NCBI GenBank assembly: GCA_032250835.1
Contig: JAVVEA010000010.1
Span: 59,274 to 123,273 of the forward strand
Reading direction: 5' to 3'
Length of the DNA: 64,000 bases
Source of the DNA: a bacterium
GTDB taxonomy: Bacteria > SAR324 > XYD2-FULL-50-16
This document shows positions 38,930-48,345 of the stretch, one piece after another. Made by a program: the position numbers and the translations under genes. The notes beneath the pieces were generated by a model. The model was not told where the DNA came from. It saw only the letters and a program-made list of their open reading frames with translations, and ran no database searches. How positions within the stretch are numbered: position 1 is the stretch's first letter; every line of letters begins with the position of its first letter.

Positions 38930-40285
38930 TTATAAGATAAAACGAGAGAGATCCCGGTCCCCGACGATGCCTTGCAGACGCTGGGAAACGTATTCTTTGG
39001 TGATTTGGATGGTCTGGCCGCTGATTTCGGGAGCCGAGAAGCTGACTTCTTCAAGTAGCTTTTCCATCACCGCATGCAAACGGCGGGCACCGATATTTTC
39101 GGTTTCCTCGTTGACCTCGGTAGCCAAGGCCGCTAATTCCTCAACTGCCTCATCGGTGAACTCTAAGGACACCCCCTCGGTCTTCATCAACTCGCTGTAC
39201 TGAAGCACTAAGTTGTTTTGGGGCTCGCGCAAGATGCGGACAAAGTCTTCTTTCTTTAAAGACTCTAGCTCCACGCGGATCGGGAAGCGGCCTTGCAACT
39301 CGGGGATCAGGTCGCTGGGCTTGGCGACGTGGAAGGCACCGGCGGCAATGAAGAGGATGTGGTCGGTGTTGATGGGGCCGTATTTGGTGTTCACCCGGCT
39401 ACCTTCGACGATCGGCAACAGGTCGCGTTGGACCCCTTCGCGGCTGACTTCGCCTTGGTTACCTCCGCCCGCTTTGGTGGCGATTTTGTCGATCTCGTCT
39501 AAGAACACGATGCCCGAATTTTCCACTCGGGTGACCACCTCAAAACCCAATTCCTCTTGGTTGATCAGGCGCTCTGACTCCTCGGCGGTAAAGAGCTTGC
39601 GGGCTTCTTCAACGGTGGCTTTGCGTTTTTTAGATTGCCGCGGGATCAATCGGCTCATCATGTCTTGCAGGTTCATGTCCATCGAGTCATTGCCGGTCAA
39701 GGGCATCAGCTCGATGGTTCCGCCTATAGGGCGCTCCACTTGGATTTCTAATTCCCGGTGGTCCAACTCGCCGCTCTGTAGCTTGCGGCGGAAGGATTCG
39801 CGCAGCGCCGATCCATCGCGGAACTCGCCGCCTGTCTTTTCGGGGGGGATGAATTGCTGGGGCGGTACCAATAGGTCCAAAAGGCGCTCTTCGGCGGCGG
39901 CCTCGGCCTTCTCTTTGACCCCTTCGGCCTTCTCGGTTTTGATCAGGCCCAGGGCGATTTCCGCCAAATCGCGGATGATGCTTTCCACATCTCGGCCCAC
40001 ATAGCCCACTTCGGTAAACTTGCTGGCTTCTACCTTGAGGAAGGGGGCCCCTTCCAACTTGGCGATGCGCCGAGCAATTTCGGTTTTGCCCACGCCGGTG
40101 GGGCCGATCATGATAATGTTTTTGGGGCTGATTTCTTCGCGCAGGTCCTCGGACACCATCATGCGCCGCCAACGGTTGCGCAGCGCAATGGCCACGCTTT
40201 TTTTGGCAGCAGCTTGACCGACAATATACCGATCTAAGAAATCAACGGTTTCGCGGGGTGTGCGTTCGGTTTTGGTGGATGTCAT
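38930..40285 (-). CDS. hslU: ATP-dependent protease ATPase subunit
   Basis: [37 protein letters not shown] and DLSRFIL. Confidence 0.98.
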   Translation of the reverse strand: MTSTKTERTPRETVDFLDRYIVGQAAAKKSVAIALRNRWRRMMVSEDLREEISPKNIIMIGPTGVGKTEIARRIAKLEGAPFLKVEASKFTEVGYVGRDVESIIRDLAEIALGLIKTEKAEGVKEKAEAAAEERLLDLLVPPQQFIPPEKTGGEFRDGSALRESFRRKLQSGELDHRELEIQVERPIGGTIELMPLTGNDSMDMNLQDMMSRLIPRQSKKRKATVEEARKLFTAEESERLINQEELGFEVVTRVENSGIVFLDEIDKIATKAGGGNQGEVSREGVQRDLLPIVEGSRVNTKYGPINTDHILFIAAGAFHVAKPSDLIPELQGRFPIRVELESLKKEDFVRILREPQNNLVLQYSELMKTEGVSLEFTDEAVEELAALATEVNEETENIGARRLHAVMEKLLEEVSFSAPEISGQTIQITKEYVSQRLQGIVGDRDLSRFIL

Positions 40286-40812
40286 GTTTTGGAGTCGATT
40301 TCTTCGACCGAAAATTGGTCGTTGGTGTAGATGCAGATTTCTGACGCAATCTTGAGCGCCTCTTCGGTCACTTCGCGCGCACTCAGGTCCGAGCGCCGCA
40401 TCAAGGCACGGGCGGCGGCCAAGGCATAAGCTCCGCCGGAACCGATCGACAAAATGCCGTCGTCGGGCTCGATCACGTCCCCGTTGCCCGAGATGATCAG
40501 GCTATGTTCCCCGTCGGCAACGGCCAAAAGGGCCTCTAGGTTGCGCAGCATCTTGTTGGTGCGCCAATCCTTGGCTAACTCCACCGCCGCGCGCAGGAGA
40601 TTGCCGTTGTATTCTTCGAGCTTAGCGTCGAACTTTTCAAAGAGCGTGAAGGCATCGGCCGTGCTGCCCGCGAAGCCCGCCACCACTTTGCCGTGGTAGG
40701 TATTGCGGACCTTGGTCGCGCCGGATTTCATCACTTGGTTGCCTAAGGTGACTTGTCCGTCACCGGCCATCACCAGCTTGCCCTTGCGCCTAACCGATAA
40801 AATGGTCGTCAT
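40282..40812 (-). CDS. hslV: ATP-dependent protease peptidase subunit
   Basis: [23 protein letters not shown] and ICIYTN. Confidence 0.98.
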   Translation of the reverse strand: MTTILSVRRKGKLVMAGDGQVTLGNQVMKSGATKVRNTYHGKVVAGFAGSTADAFTLFEKFDAKLEEYNGNLLRAAVELAKDWRTNKMLRNLEALLAVADGEHSLIISGNGDVIEPDDGILSIGSGGAYALAAARALMRRSDLSAREVTEEALKIASEICIYTNDQFSVEEIDSKT

Positions 40813-41410
40813 CAGCAGATTCCTCGGGTTTATGTTTGCCCAGGCCCAAGAGAAAGACTTCCTTGCTTTCTTTGCGCGAGCTTTTGGGCTTAAATGTTTT
40901 GACCTTGTTGTACTCTCTTTTCATCTGGTTGAGCAAGGGCTCGAAGGCGGGACCGTGGAAGGCCTTGATCAGACAATTGCCGCCGGTACGCAGCCAGCGC
41001 TTCGAAGCGAACAGAGCCATCTCGCAGAGCCCTAAAACACGGGCCCCGTCGGTGTGCTTGTGGCCGGTAGTTTTAGGGGCCATATCCGAAAGGACGAGAT
41101 CAAAAGGAGCGCCAAATTCTTTGAGGCGCTCTAGGTCCAACTCTAAAATATCGGCATGAATAAAGGCCATGTTGGGCTTTAAGGCCAGCTGTAAGTCCTG
41201 AATATCGACCCCTAAGACCATGCCTTTGGGGCCGATCTTCTGGGCGGTGTACTGCATCCAACTGCCTGGGAAACAGCCCAGGTCTAAAACCTTAAATCCA
41301 GGGCGGAACAGGCTCTGCTTCTGGTCGATTTCTTCGAGCTTGTAGGCCGAACGGGCGGCGAAGCCCTCGGCCTTGGCTTTTTTAAAATAATGGTCTTGGA
41401 CTTCTTTCAC
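40790..41410 (-). CDS. rlmE: 23S rRNA Um2552 methyltransferase
   Basis: [28 protein letters not shown] and [11 protein letters not shown]. Confidence 0.95.
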   Translation of the reverse strand: MKEVQDHYFKKAKAEGFAARSAYKLEEIDQKQSLFRPGFKVLDLGCFPGSWMQYTAQKIGPKGMVLGVDIQDLQLALKPNMAFIHADILELDLERLKEFGAPFDLVLSDMAPKTTGHKHTDGARVLGLCEMALFASKRWLRTGGNCLIKAFHGPAFEPLLNQMKREYNKVKTFKPKSSRKESKEVFLLGLGKHKPEESADDDHFIG

Positions 41411-42171
41411 GTCTCATCCGCCTTGGCGGCCTGCCAAGCGGCCTCCATTTGGGTTAGGTCCAGACTGCGGCCTTCGGTTTGGGCGGCTTCAATAGCCGAT
41501 TCGACTTGCTGGAAACGGCGGATAAATTTGTCGTTAGCGCTTTGTAGGGCTAGTTCGGGATTGACTCCGGCGTGGCGGGCTAAGCTGACCACGGCCCCTA
41601 AAAGGTCGCCGATCTCGGCTTGTAGTTTTTGGGTCTGACCGGCCTCAAACTCGGCGCGGACCTCGGCCAGTTCTTCTTGGATCTTCTCAAAAACGCCGTT
41701 GAAGTCGGGCCAATCAAAACCCAGCTTGGCGGCACGCTCGCCGATTTTTTTTGCCCGCAAGAGGGCGGGCTTGGCTTTGGGGATGTCGTCAAAAAGCTTG
41801 GGGCTGCGTTTTTCATCTGCCTTGATGCGGTCCCACTGGGCGGTTAGCTCCGCTTGGGTTTGCTGGCGGTCGGCCTCGGCAAAAACATGGGGGTGGCGGC
41901 GGAGCATCTTTTCGCTGACATGCCCAATGACGTCATCCATGCTGAAACGGCCTTCTTCTTTAGCAATTTGCGCATGCAAGACCACCTGCAACAAAAGGTC
42001 GCCCAACTCGCCCTTCAGGCCGCTGCCTAGGCGCTCTTCTTGGACCTCTTCAATCACTTCGTACGCTTCTTCGAGTAGATAGGGTAGCAGGCTCAGGTGG
42101 GTTTGGTCGCGGTCCCAGGGGCAACCCTCGGGGCTGCGAAGCTTGTCTACGATCTCGATCAGTCGTTTCAT
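41407..42171 (-). CDS. mazG: Nucleoside triphosphate pyrophosphohydrolase
   Basis: GCPWDRDQTH, EEAYEV, ELGDLLLQVV, RRHPHVF and EIGDLL. Confidence 0.96.
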   Translation of the reverse strand: MKRLIEIVDKLRSPEGCPWDRDQTHLSLLPYLLEEAYEVIEEVQEERLGSGLKGELGDLLLQVVLHAQIAKEEGRFSMDDVIGHVSEKMLRRHPHVFAEADRQQTQAELTAQWDRIKADEKRSPKLFDDIPKAKPALLRAKKIGERAAKLGFDWPDFNGVFEKIQEELAEVRAEFEAGQTQKLQAEIGDLLGAVVSLARHAGVNPELALQSANDKFIRRFQQVESAIEAAQTEGRSLDLTQMEAAWQAAKADET

Positions 42172-42223
42172 TTAGAGTCTGGCCGGAGTCTGGAGTCCTT
42201 TAGGTCCTAGTCGGTAAACCCCT

Positions 42224-42252
42224 ATTCTGTGCCTGCGCCGCCCCTTTGTCAA
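42224..42252 (-). promoter_or_regulatory. Putative sigma70 promoter of the mazG-led operon
   Basis: Minus strand TTGACA-N17-CAGAAT. Confidence 0.55.
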
Positions 42253-42317
42253 TCGGCCTTGCCAGCCCATTAGCGCTCGACTATGCTAGAGTGAAACTTG
42301 ATTGGATGGACTCTATC

Positions 42318-43202
42318 ATGCCTGCGTTGGTTTCGGTGATCATGCCCGCTTATAAGGCGGAGGCTTACATAAAAGAGGCGATCTCTTCGGTGATCTCCCA
42401 AACCTACCGCGATTGGGAATTGCTGGTGATCGACGATGGCTCCCCGGACCGCTCTGGCGAACTGGCGGCTTCCTTCGGGGACCCCCGGATTCAGGTTATC
42501 GCCCAAGAAAATGCGGGCGTTTCAGTGGCCCGCAACCGGGGCTTGGAACAGGCCCAAGGAGACTGGATTGCTTTCTTAGACGCCGATGATATCTGGCTAC
42601 CCGAAAAATTAGAGCTACAGCTAGCAGCGGCCCAACGAGCCGACCAGCCCTCGATAGTCTATTCGGACTTTGTGGCCTTTGACGAAGCCGGAAATGAACA
42701 ACGGCCCAAGTACTTGCGGCTTTTTCCCCCGGAAAAACAACAGGGTTGGGTCTTGGAGACGATGCTGCAACATAACTTCATGGGGCTCTTGACGGTTATG
42801 TTGCCCCGTGAAGCGCTCAAAAAAGTGGGGGTCTTTAGCACCAGCCTGGGGCAGGGCGAAGACTGGGACTTGTGGATTCGGCTGGCCGAGTTTTATCCTT
42901 TTGTTTATGTGCCTAAGTCTCTGGCGCGCTACCGTGAACATGCTGGCGGGCTTAGCAAGGACTACGAACCAAATGAACGGGCCCTAACTCAAGTCTACCA
43001 GACCCATCTACTAGCCAAAGGAAACACCGAACAAAAACGCTTTGGCATGTGGCTCTTTTACCGGCATATGGCCCATGGCTTTGCCCGCCAGGGGAAAGCC
43101 ACCATGGCCCAAGATCGTTGGCGCAAGGCGGTGGCTTTGCGCCCCTGGGCGCTGCAAAGCTGGACTAGCTGGGTTTACCTTTGGTTACAGCGCTTTCGCT
43201 AG
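42318..43202 (+). CDS. GT2 family glycosyltransferase
   Basis: VSVIMPAY, IDDGSPD, ARNRG, FLDADD and EDWDLW. Confidence 0.92.
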   Translation: MPALVSVIMPAYKAEAYIKEAISSVISQTYRDWELLVIDDGSPDRSGELAASFGDPRIQVIAQENAGVSVARNRGLEQAQGDWIAFLDADDIWLPEKLELQLAAAQRADQPSIVYSDFVAFDEAGNEQRPKYLRLFPPEKQQGWVLETMLQHNFMGLLTVMLPREALKKVGVFSTSLGQGEDWDLWIRLAEFYPFVYVPKSLARYREHAGGLSKDYEPNERALTQVYQTHLLAKGNTEQKRFGMWLFYRHMAHGFARQGKATMAQDRWRKAVALRPWALQSWTSWVYLWLQRFR

Positions 43203-43836
43203 CCTTGTAGGGTTTCTTAGGCCCCGCTGGGAGGGCTTCGGTCCGGTTTTCTTTTTTTAGATAGGCCCCCAAATCGGTTCTTGAAATATAGGCGCTAACC
43301 GCCTGATGGCTTACGCCAAGCCACTTTGTGGCCGCCTGGGTAATGCTGCCCTCTTCTCTGGCCAGCGCTGCGATCACCAATTCCCGGCGACAGTTTTTAA
43401 GGTCTAGGTTCGTTAGGCTAATGCCCTCTTTACCTGCGTCCATCTCCTTTCGGTTTAGTTGGCACTGCTCCCAAGCGAAGTCTCGTTCCAATAGGGCCAC
43501 TAAAAAATGGCGTAACTGGGAGCTTTGGTCTACCAGCCGGAAATGGGCTACTTTGGCGTTGATTTCATTTTGAGTCTTTTGGGGTAGCGCGCCCAATCGC
43601 GGCAGGCGTTTCGAAGCCGACAAAAGTCGGGTCTGCGGAAATTGCTCGATGTATTTAAGCACTAATTTAAAATCAAAGGGGTACAAAAAAAGACTACTAG
43701 GTGCAGGGTCGCCTTCTGTAAACTCGAAGGGAACCAAGCGGTCCATCAGTTTTCCCAAAGCTTCTTCTAAGGGTTGGATCGAATAATCAGGGCGGTGGAT
43801 GAAGGGGATTTTATACTGTTGGGGGACTAATTTCAC
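43165..43836 (-). CDS. Protein with a C-terminal Fis-type HTH and degenerate AAA-like remnants
   Basis: RRELVIAALAREEGSITQAATKWLGVSHQAV HTH. No Walker A or GAFTGA. Confidence 0.65.
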   Translation of the reverse strand: MKLVPQQYKIPFIHRPDYSIQPLEEALGKLMDRLVPFEFTEGDPAPSSLFLYPFDFKLVLKYIEQFPQTRLLSASKRLPRLGALPQKTQNEINAKVAHFRLVDQSSQLRHFLVALLERDFAWEQCQLNRKEMDAGKEGISLTNLDLKNCRRELVIAALAREEGSITQAATKWLGVSHQAVSAYISRTDLGAYLKKENRTEALPAGPKKPYKASESAVTKGKPS

Positions 43837-44528
43837 GGTGACCTCCAGAAATAGAGAGTGGAACTTTTTGAGTTTAAAAAATTGGATTCACTAAAGGACA
43901 AAAATTCTTGGGGCAACGTCACTCGATCCTCGGTGCTGGCGGCCCAAATCAGGGCGGTGTGCCGATGCTTTTGAGGGATCACTAGGACCCACGCGGAGGC
44001 CGAATAAAGCTGAGGCATGCGCTCGAAACCGGCTTCCCAATCGAGCCATTGCCGCGCCCGTAGGTTACCCCAATACCGCCCAGATTCCCCCCGGTGGAGC
44101 CAGGCAACGGGTCGTTCGGCTAAGGAGCGCTTAGGTTCTTTCGGTAAGGTCTTTAAAGCCCGGCGCGCTTCTTCGAGGGGCAGTTGGCGCAGAAGGCTCA
44201 ACTCGCTATCTAAGAGCGCGGCGACTAACTCGCTGCCTTGGTAGATGCGCCAAAAATCCTGATCTCCCGGTTTGGACTGAGCCAAGGGGCGAAAGATCGG
44301 TGCATCTAGAGGTAAAACTTTAAAACTATTGGCCGGAGTGGCCACCCATTGGGCTAGCTTTTCGGGCCAGCGTTCAGCTTGGGTCCGGTTGAGCAGGCCT
44401 ACGCAACGTCCCATCTCTTCCACCCAAGCCAAACCATCGGGCCCCATGATCTCTAGGGCGGCTTGGGCCGGCTCGCTAAAGGGCAGCCGGGGGAGGTTAA
44501 AATGGGCGAAAGAGGCGACCGAAAACAT
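43833..44528 (-). CDS. Degenerate CBS-pair (plus PAS-like) protein
   Basis: AALEIMG..LAWVEEMGRCVGLLNR and VLPLDAPI...IYQGSELVAALL resemble two CBS motifs. GTGA overlap with the downstream gene. Confidence 0.55.
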   Translation of the reverse strand: MFSVASFAHFNLPRLPFSEPAQAALEIMGPDGLAWVEEMGRCVGLLNRTQAERWPEKLAQWVATPANSFKVLPLDAPIFRPLAQSKPGDQDFWRIYQGSELVAALLDSELSLLRQLPLEEARRALKTLPKEPKRSLAERPVAWLHRGESGRYWGNLRARQWLDWEAGFERMPQLYSASAWVLVIPQKHRHTALIWAASTEDRVTLPQEFLSFSESNFLNSKSSTLYFWRSP

Positions 44529-44547
44529 GGATAACCTGGGGGCTTAG

Positions 44548-44564
44548 TTGAACTTGTAGTTCAA
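44548..44564. promoter_or_regulatory. Inverted repeat, candidate operator
   Basis: TTGAACT-TGT-AGTTCAA perfect 7-3-7 palindrome, 20 nt upstream of the 44528 start. Confidence 0.5.
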
Positions 44565-44592
44565 GCTACCTTAGGCATCCTCGTTTATAGGA

Positions 44593-44641
44593 GGGCATAA
44601 ACAGGACAATCGTCAGGTCATTGAGGACATGAACCGGACAT
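44593..44641. repeat. Five GGNCA direct repeats at roughly helical spacing
   Basis: GGGCAT 44593, GGACAA 44604, GGTCAT 44616, GGACAT 44625 and GGACAT 44636. Confidence 0.5.
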
Positions 44642-44659
44642 GACCCCAGTAAAGGGAGG

Positions 44660-45670
44660 CTATTCGAGGATCGAGAGGATGGCGGGGTTAGCGGTTTTAC
44701 GGGCCCGCTCCAGGGGACTCAGCCCGTTTGCGGTGACTTGGTCCGGTTTGGCTCCGGCTTGGATCAACCACCGACAAGCCTCGGGCTGCCTCAGTTGCAC
44801 CGCCAAAGAGAGGGGGCTTTCGCCGGTAGCCTCTAGAGCATTGGGGTCTGAGGGGTGTGGGTGTTTTGGATTCAGTAGTTCCTGGGTGATTTCACCGAAA
44901 TTTTGGCGTAGCGAACGGTGCAGGGGGAGTTCCCCACGGTGGTCTGGCTGATTGGTCCGAGCCCCGGCGCGCATTAAGGCACTCAGGCTGGCGGGATGGT
45001 TGTTGGCCGCCGCCCAGGTTAGGGCGCTCCAACCCGCCGAGTCCGCCTGATTGAGTTCGGGGAGTTCAGGAATCAATAGTTCGATGACCGGCAAATGGTC
45101 TCTTGCCGCCGCGCAAATCAGGGGCGTCAATCCGGCCTTTTCGGCCAAACCGGGTTTGGCCCCTTGGGTCAGTAAAAAACTGGCTACCGGGAGGGCCCCA
45201 TGATGGGCGGCCCACATCAACAGGGTCCAACCTTCCTCGTTGGGGAAGTCGATAGGAAAAGGTTGGCTGGTTAATAAAGCCTTTAACCCCACTAAATTCT
45301 GTTCAATAACTAAGAAGTAGGCGCGCCGGTAGAGGTTTTTTAACGGGTCGGCCACTTGGGGGGCGCTGGCTGGGAGGCGGGCCTGTTGGCCATAGCGGCT
45401 CTTGTAATGGCCAATCGACTCGGGGTAGGCGATCAGGCTTTTAAAGTCCTCTTCACTTAAGCGCTCTTCGGTAAAGGCCCAAATTTCGGTGTTAAAAAAC
45501 TGGGCGACTTCCTCTAAGCGGGTCAGGTTGACCCCTTGACGCTCCCAACGCCGCAGCGTCTTGACGTTGATCCCCGGAAAGCCGGGCTCGCCCAAGATGC
45601 TTTCTTGGGTGTAGCCGCGCAACTTGCGCGCTAAGACCAGCCGTCTGCCCGTGTCGAAATCCTCAATCAT
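44660..45670 (-). CDS. XRE-HTH + ankyrin-repeat protein
   Basis: N-terminal RLVLARKLRGYTQE...INVKTLRRWE, then ankyrin repeats GWTLLMWAA, GLTPLICAA, GWSALTWAA, GELPLHRS and GESPLSLAV. Confidence 0.88.
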   Translation of the reverse strand: MIEDFDTGRRLVLARKLRGYTQESILGEPGFPGINVKTLRRWERQGVNLTRLEEVAQFFNTEIWAFTEERLSEEDFKSLIAYPESIGHYKSRYGQQARLPASAPQVADPLKNLYRRAYFLVIEQNLVGLKALLTSQPFPIDFPNEEGWTLLMWAAHHGALPVASFLLTQGAKPGLAEKAGLTPLICAAARDHLPVIELLIPELPELNQADSAGWSALTWAAANNHPASLSALMRAGARTNQPDHRGELPLHRSLRQNFGEITQELLNPKHPHPSDPNALEATGESPLSLAVQLRQPEACRWLIQAGAKPDQVTANGLSPLERARKTANPAILSILE

Positions 45671-45954
45671 TAGATATAAATCAGGAAAAAATTGAGCTAA
45701 AATTCGGGTTCCTTTGCGCCGCCAAGATAAACCGGTGTTAAGTAGACTGGCAAGTCTTTTTTAAATCCAGGGGCTTGCCGATCCCTTAAAGGCTGCCGGA
45801 GGTATTGAGGGAAACGGGAACCCAGGGGGTAATTTTTTTTCATTCCTTCATGATTAGAACGAATTGATCAGATGGAGAAAAAAACCTCGGATCTGTCCTT
45901 TTCGCACCCGCAGGGTTGTGGAACACTGTGCGGAAACATCTACTTAGGGGTAAC

Positions 45955-47892
45955 GTGTTTTTTAAAACTTTGCTGGGTGGGTTGCTGTTGGCCCTGATCG
46001 GCTTGGCTCCCATCGGGGCCATTGCCGAGACTAAAGGCATCGCGGTGCCCTTTCGCTACTTGATCGACGTCCAAGGACGCTACAGCGACTTCAATCCGCC
46101 GCCGCCCGAGGCGTTTTCAGCCGCTCCGGTTGAGCAAAAAGGATTCGGGTTGAGCCAGTCGGACCTGTGGCTATCCTTTCAGCTAGACCCACCCGGTCCA
46201 GGGTCTTGGACCTTATGGCAAAGCTATTGGTACCTCAACGAAGTCCGGCTCTATGCCTACTCGCAGGGCGACACGCGCTTTTTGGGATTGGGCGGCAGTA
46301 CCGTCGCGCCTGCGCAGCGGGCTCACCAGAGTAGCCAGATCCTGTTCCCCCTCGAAAGGCCCGAAGGGACTTTTTTGATGATGGTCAAGGGCGGGCAGTT
46401 GTTAGACGTCCGGTTGGTCTTGCTTGATGCGGCGGGGCTACGCAACCTTGAGCGCCGCCAGAGCCTAACTGGCGGTTTGTTGCTGGGGGCCTATAGCTTG
46501 GTGGTGTTCTTTAACCTACTGTTGTGGGGGCAACTGCGGCAAAAGACCTATGTCTACCACGCGTTGGCTGTAGTTTCGCTGGCATTGGGACTGTTGCTGC
46601 ATCAAGGGTTGGGTCGCGAGTTTTTGCCCTCGGTGTCCGGCCAAGTACAACATTGGATCGCCGCGAGCAACTTCATTCTTTTTGCCGCCCTATTGTCTGC
46701 CTTCGGGCGAAACCTACTGAAAACCTGGGAGGCCGCTCCTTGGCTGGATCGCTGGCTGCGACTGTTTTACTGGGGGCCGCTCGGTTGGTTGCTAGTCGGT
46801 GGGCTCTCTTTTGTGTCCTATAGCGCTTTGGCTATGGCTTTGCTGGGCGCTAGCGCCTCGACCCAACTGGTGGCGAGCTGGATCTTGGCCCGGCGCGGTT
46901 CGCCTATGGCCCGTATCTACCTGGGCGGGTGGAGTCTGTTGCTAGGCTTCATGTTGCTACGCATAGCCGCCGCTTTCGGCTGGATTTCTAACCTAGGGGG
47001 AATCAATGAGGGGATGTATCTGGGCGGGCTAGCTGGGGCGGTTTTTTCGGCGGTGGTCCTGGCCGCTCAACTGCGCTTGCACCGCCAAAGCGCCCTGGAT
47101 TCCCAACGGGAGATCACCGAATTGACGCTTGAGCAAGCCCGCCGATTGGAGCAGCAGGTCCAAGAGCGTACCGCCCAGTTGGATCAAGCCCTTAAAGACA
47201 AAGACCAATTCTTGCGCGTAATCGCCCACGACCTACGCGGACCGATCCACAGCACCAAGGTTTGGCTGGATTTGTTGGAGCGCGGTGAGCTGGTTCCGGA
47301 TTCCCAGACTTGGACCCTGTTGAGCCAAGGGGCTCAGGCCAGTTACGACTTGCTCGAAAGTCTGCTCCAGTGGGCCTTGAGCCAATCGGACAGTTTCCAG
47401 CCCTGTCCTGAGGAAATCGAGCCTCAGGGCCTGTGCACCGAATTAGAGCGATTGTTTAGCGGGGGCGCTCAGGCCAAGGGCATCCGCTTGGAGTTTGACT
47501 GCGCGCCGGGCTTGAGTCTTTACGGCGACAAGAAGATGTTGCTCACCTGCTTAAGGAACCTAGTGGGTAATGCGCTGAAATATACCAAACCGGGCGGGTG
47601 CGTGTCCGTTAAGCCTCGGGAACAAGCAGAGAGGGCTTTGCTAGAGGTGCGGGATACGGGCGTGGGCATGAGCGCCCAACAGTTGGAAACGCTCTTCGAC
47701 CTGACCCGTCAAGCGCGCTCCACACCGGGAACGGCGCAGGAGCCTGGTAGCGGCATGGGCTTATTGATCGTCCGACAGATGGCCTGGGCCAACGGCGGGG
47801 AGTTGGAGGTTCAAAGCCACCAGGGGCAGGGAACGGTCTGCCGCCTAACCTGGCCCGCGCGTCCAGCCGGGGCTCAACAACCTGAATCCTAG
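45955..47892 (+). CDS. 7TM-DISM sensor histidine kinase
   Basis: Signal peptide, DISMED2-like periplasmic region, about 7 TMs, IAHDLRGP, NLVGNALKYT, DTGVGM and GSGMGL. Start codon uncertain. Confidence 0.88.
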   Translation: MFFKTLLGGLLLALIGLAPIGAIAETKGIAVPFRYLIDVQGRYSDFNPPPPEAFSAAPVEQKGFGLSQSDLWLSFQLDPPGPGSWTLWQSYWYLNEVRLYAYSQGDTRFLGLGGSTVAPAQRAHQSSQILFPLERPEGTFLMMVKGGQLLDVRLVLLDAAGLRNLERRQSLTGGLLLGAYSLVVFFNLLLWGQLRQKTYVYHALAVVSLALGLLLHQGLGREFLPSVSGQVQHWIAASNFILFAALLSAFGRNLLKTWEAAPWLDRWLRLFYWGPLGWLLVGGLSFVSYSALAMALLGASASTQLVASWILARRGSPMARIYLGGWSLLLGFMLLRIAAAFGWISNLGGINEGMYLGGLAGAVFSAVVLAAQLRLHRQSALDSQREITELTLEQARRLEQQVQERTAQLDQALKDKDQFLRVIAHDLRGPIHSTKVWLDLLERGELVPDSQTWTLLSQGAQASYDLLESLLQWALSQSDSFQPCPEEIEPQGLCTELERLFSGGAQAKGIRLEFDCAPGLSLYGDKKMLLTCLRNLVGNALKYTKPGGCVSVKPREQAERALLEVRDTGVGMSAQQLETLFDLTRQARSTPGTAQEPGSGMGLLIVRQMAWANGGELEVQSHQGQGTVCRLTWPARPAGAQQPES

Positions 47893-48012
47893 CTTTTCGA
47901 AAAAGACCCGCAACAGGGACCGGTGGTTTTTTTGGCGAGCCCAGGCTTTACAAAGGACCGCCATTGGGGCCAATTGGAAAGAAACCTACTGGAGTTTAGC
48001 CACAGGAGCGCC

Positions 48013-48345
48013 ATGAACGAAAAAATACCCCTTGAATTGGGCGAAGGCCGACGGATATGGGTGGAGTTGGCTGAAAAGCCCTTAGCTGAAACTGCGGACT
48101 TAGCGGCCAATCCGGCACCGGAATATTACCGCCGCAGCCGCGAATTGGGCGAAGCCGTTGAGGTGATCCGTCCGCTGGTCGACAAAATCACCGAACCGCT
48201 CAAAACGCTGGCTAGTAAACCCAAAGAAATCCAATTGGAGTTTGGTTTCCGCTTCAGCAGTGATGCCGAAGTGGTGCTGACGGCGTCGAAAGATGAGGCT
48301 TTGGTGAAGGTGGTGCTGACCTTTGGGCCCGAAGGGGCTCAATAG
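48013..48345 (+). CDS. Trypco1 (CU044_2847-like) domain protein
   Basis: IWVEL...IRPLVDKI...KPKEIQLEFGFRFSSDAEVVLTASKDEALVKVVLTF matches the Trypco1 pattern. RBS AGGAG. Confidence 0.75.
   Translation: MNEKIPLELGEGRRIWVELAEKPLAETADLAANPAPEYYRRSRELGEAVEVIRPLVDKITEPLKTLASKPKEIQLEFGFRFSSDAEVVLTASKDEALVKVVLTFGPEGAQ

Noticed and set aside
45671..45954. c-di-GMP-I riboswitch (GGCGCAAAG on the minus strand)
   Set aside because: It lacks the GGCAAA…GAAA P2 elements.
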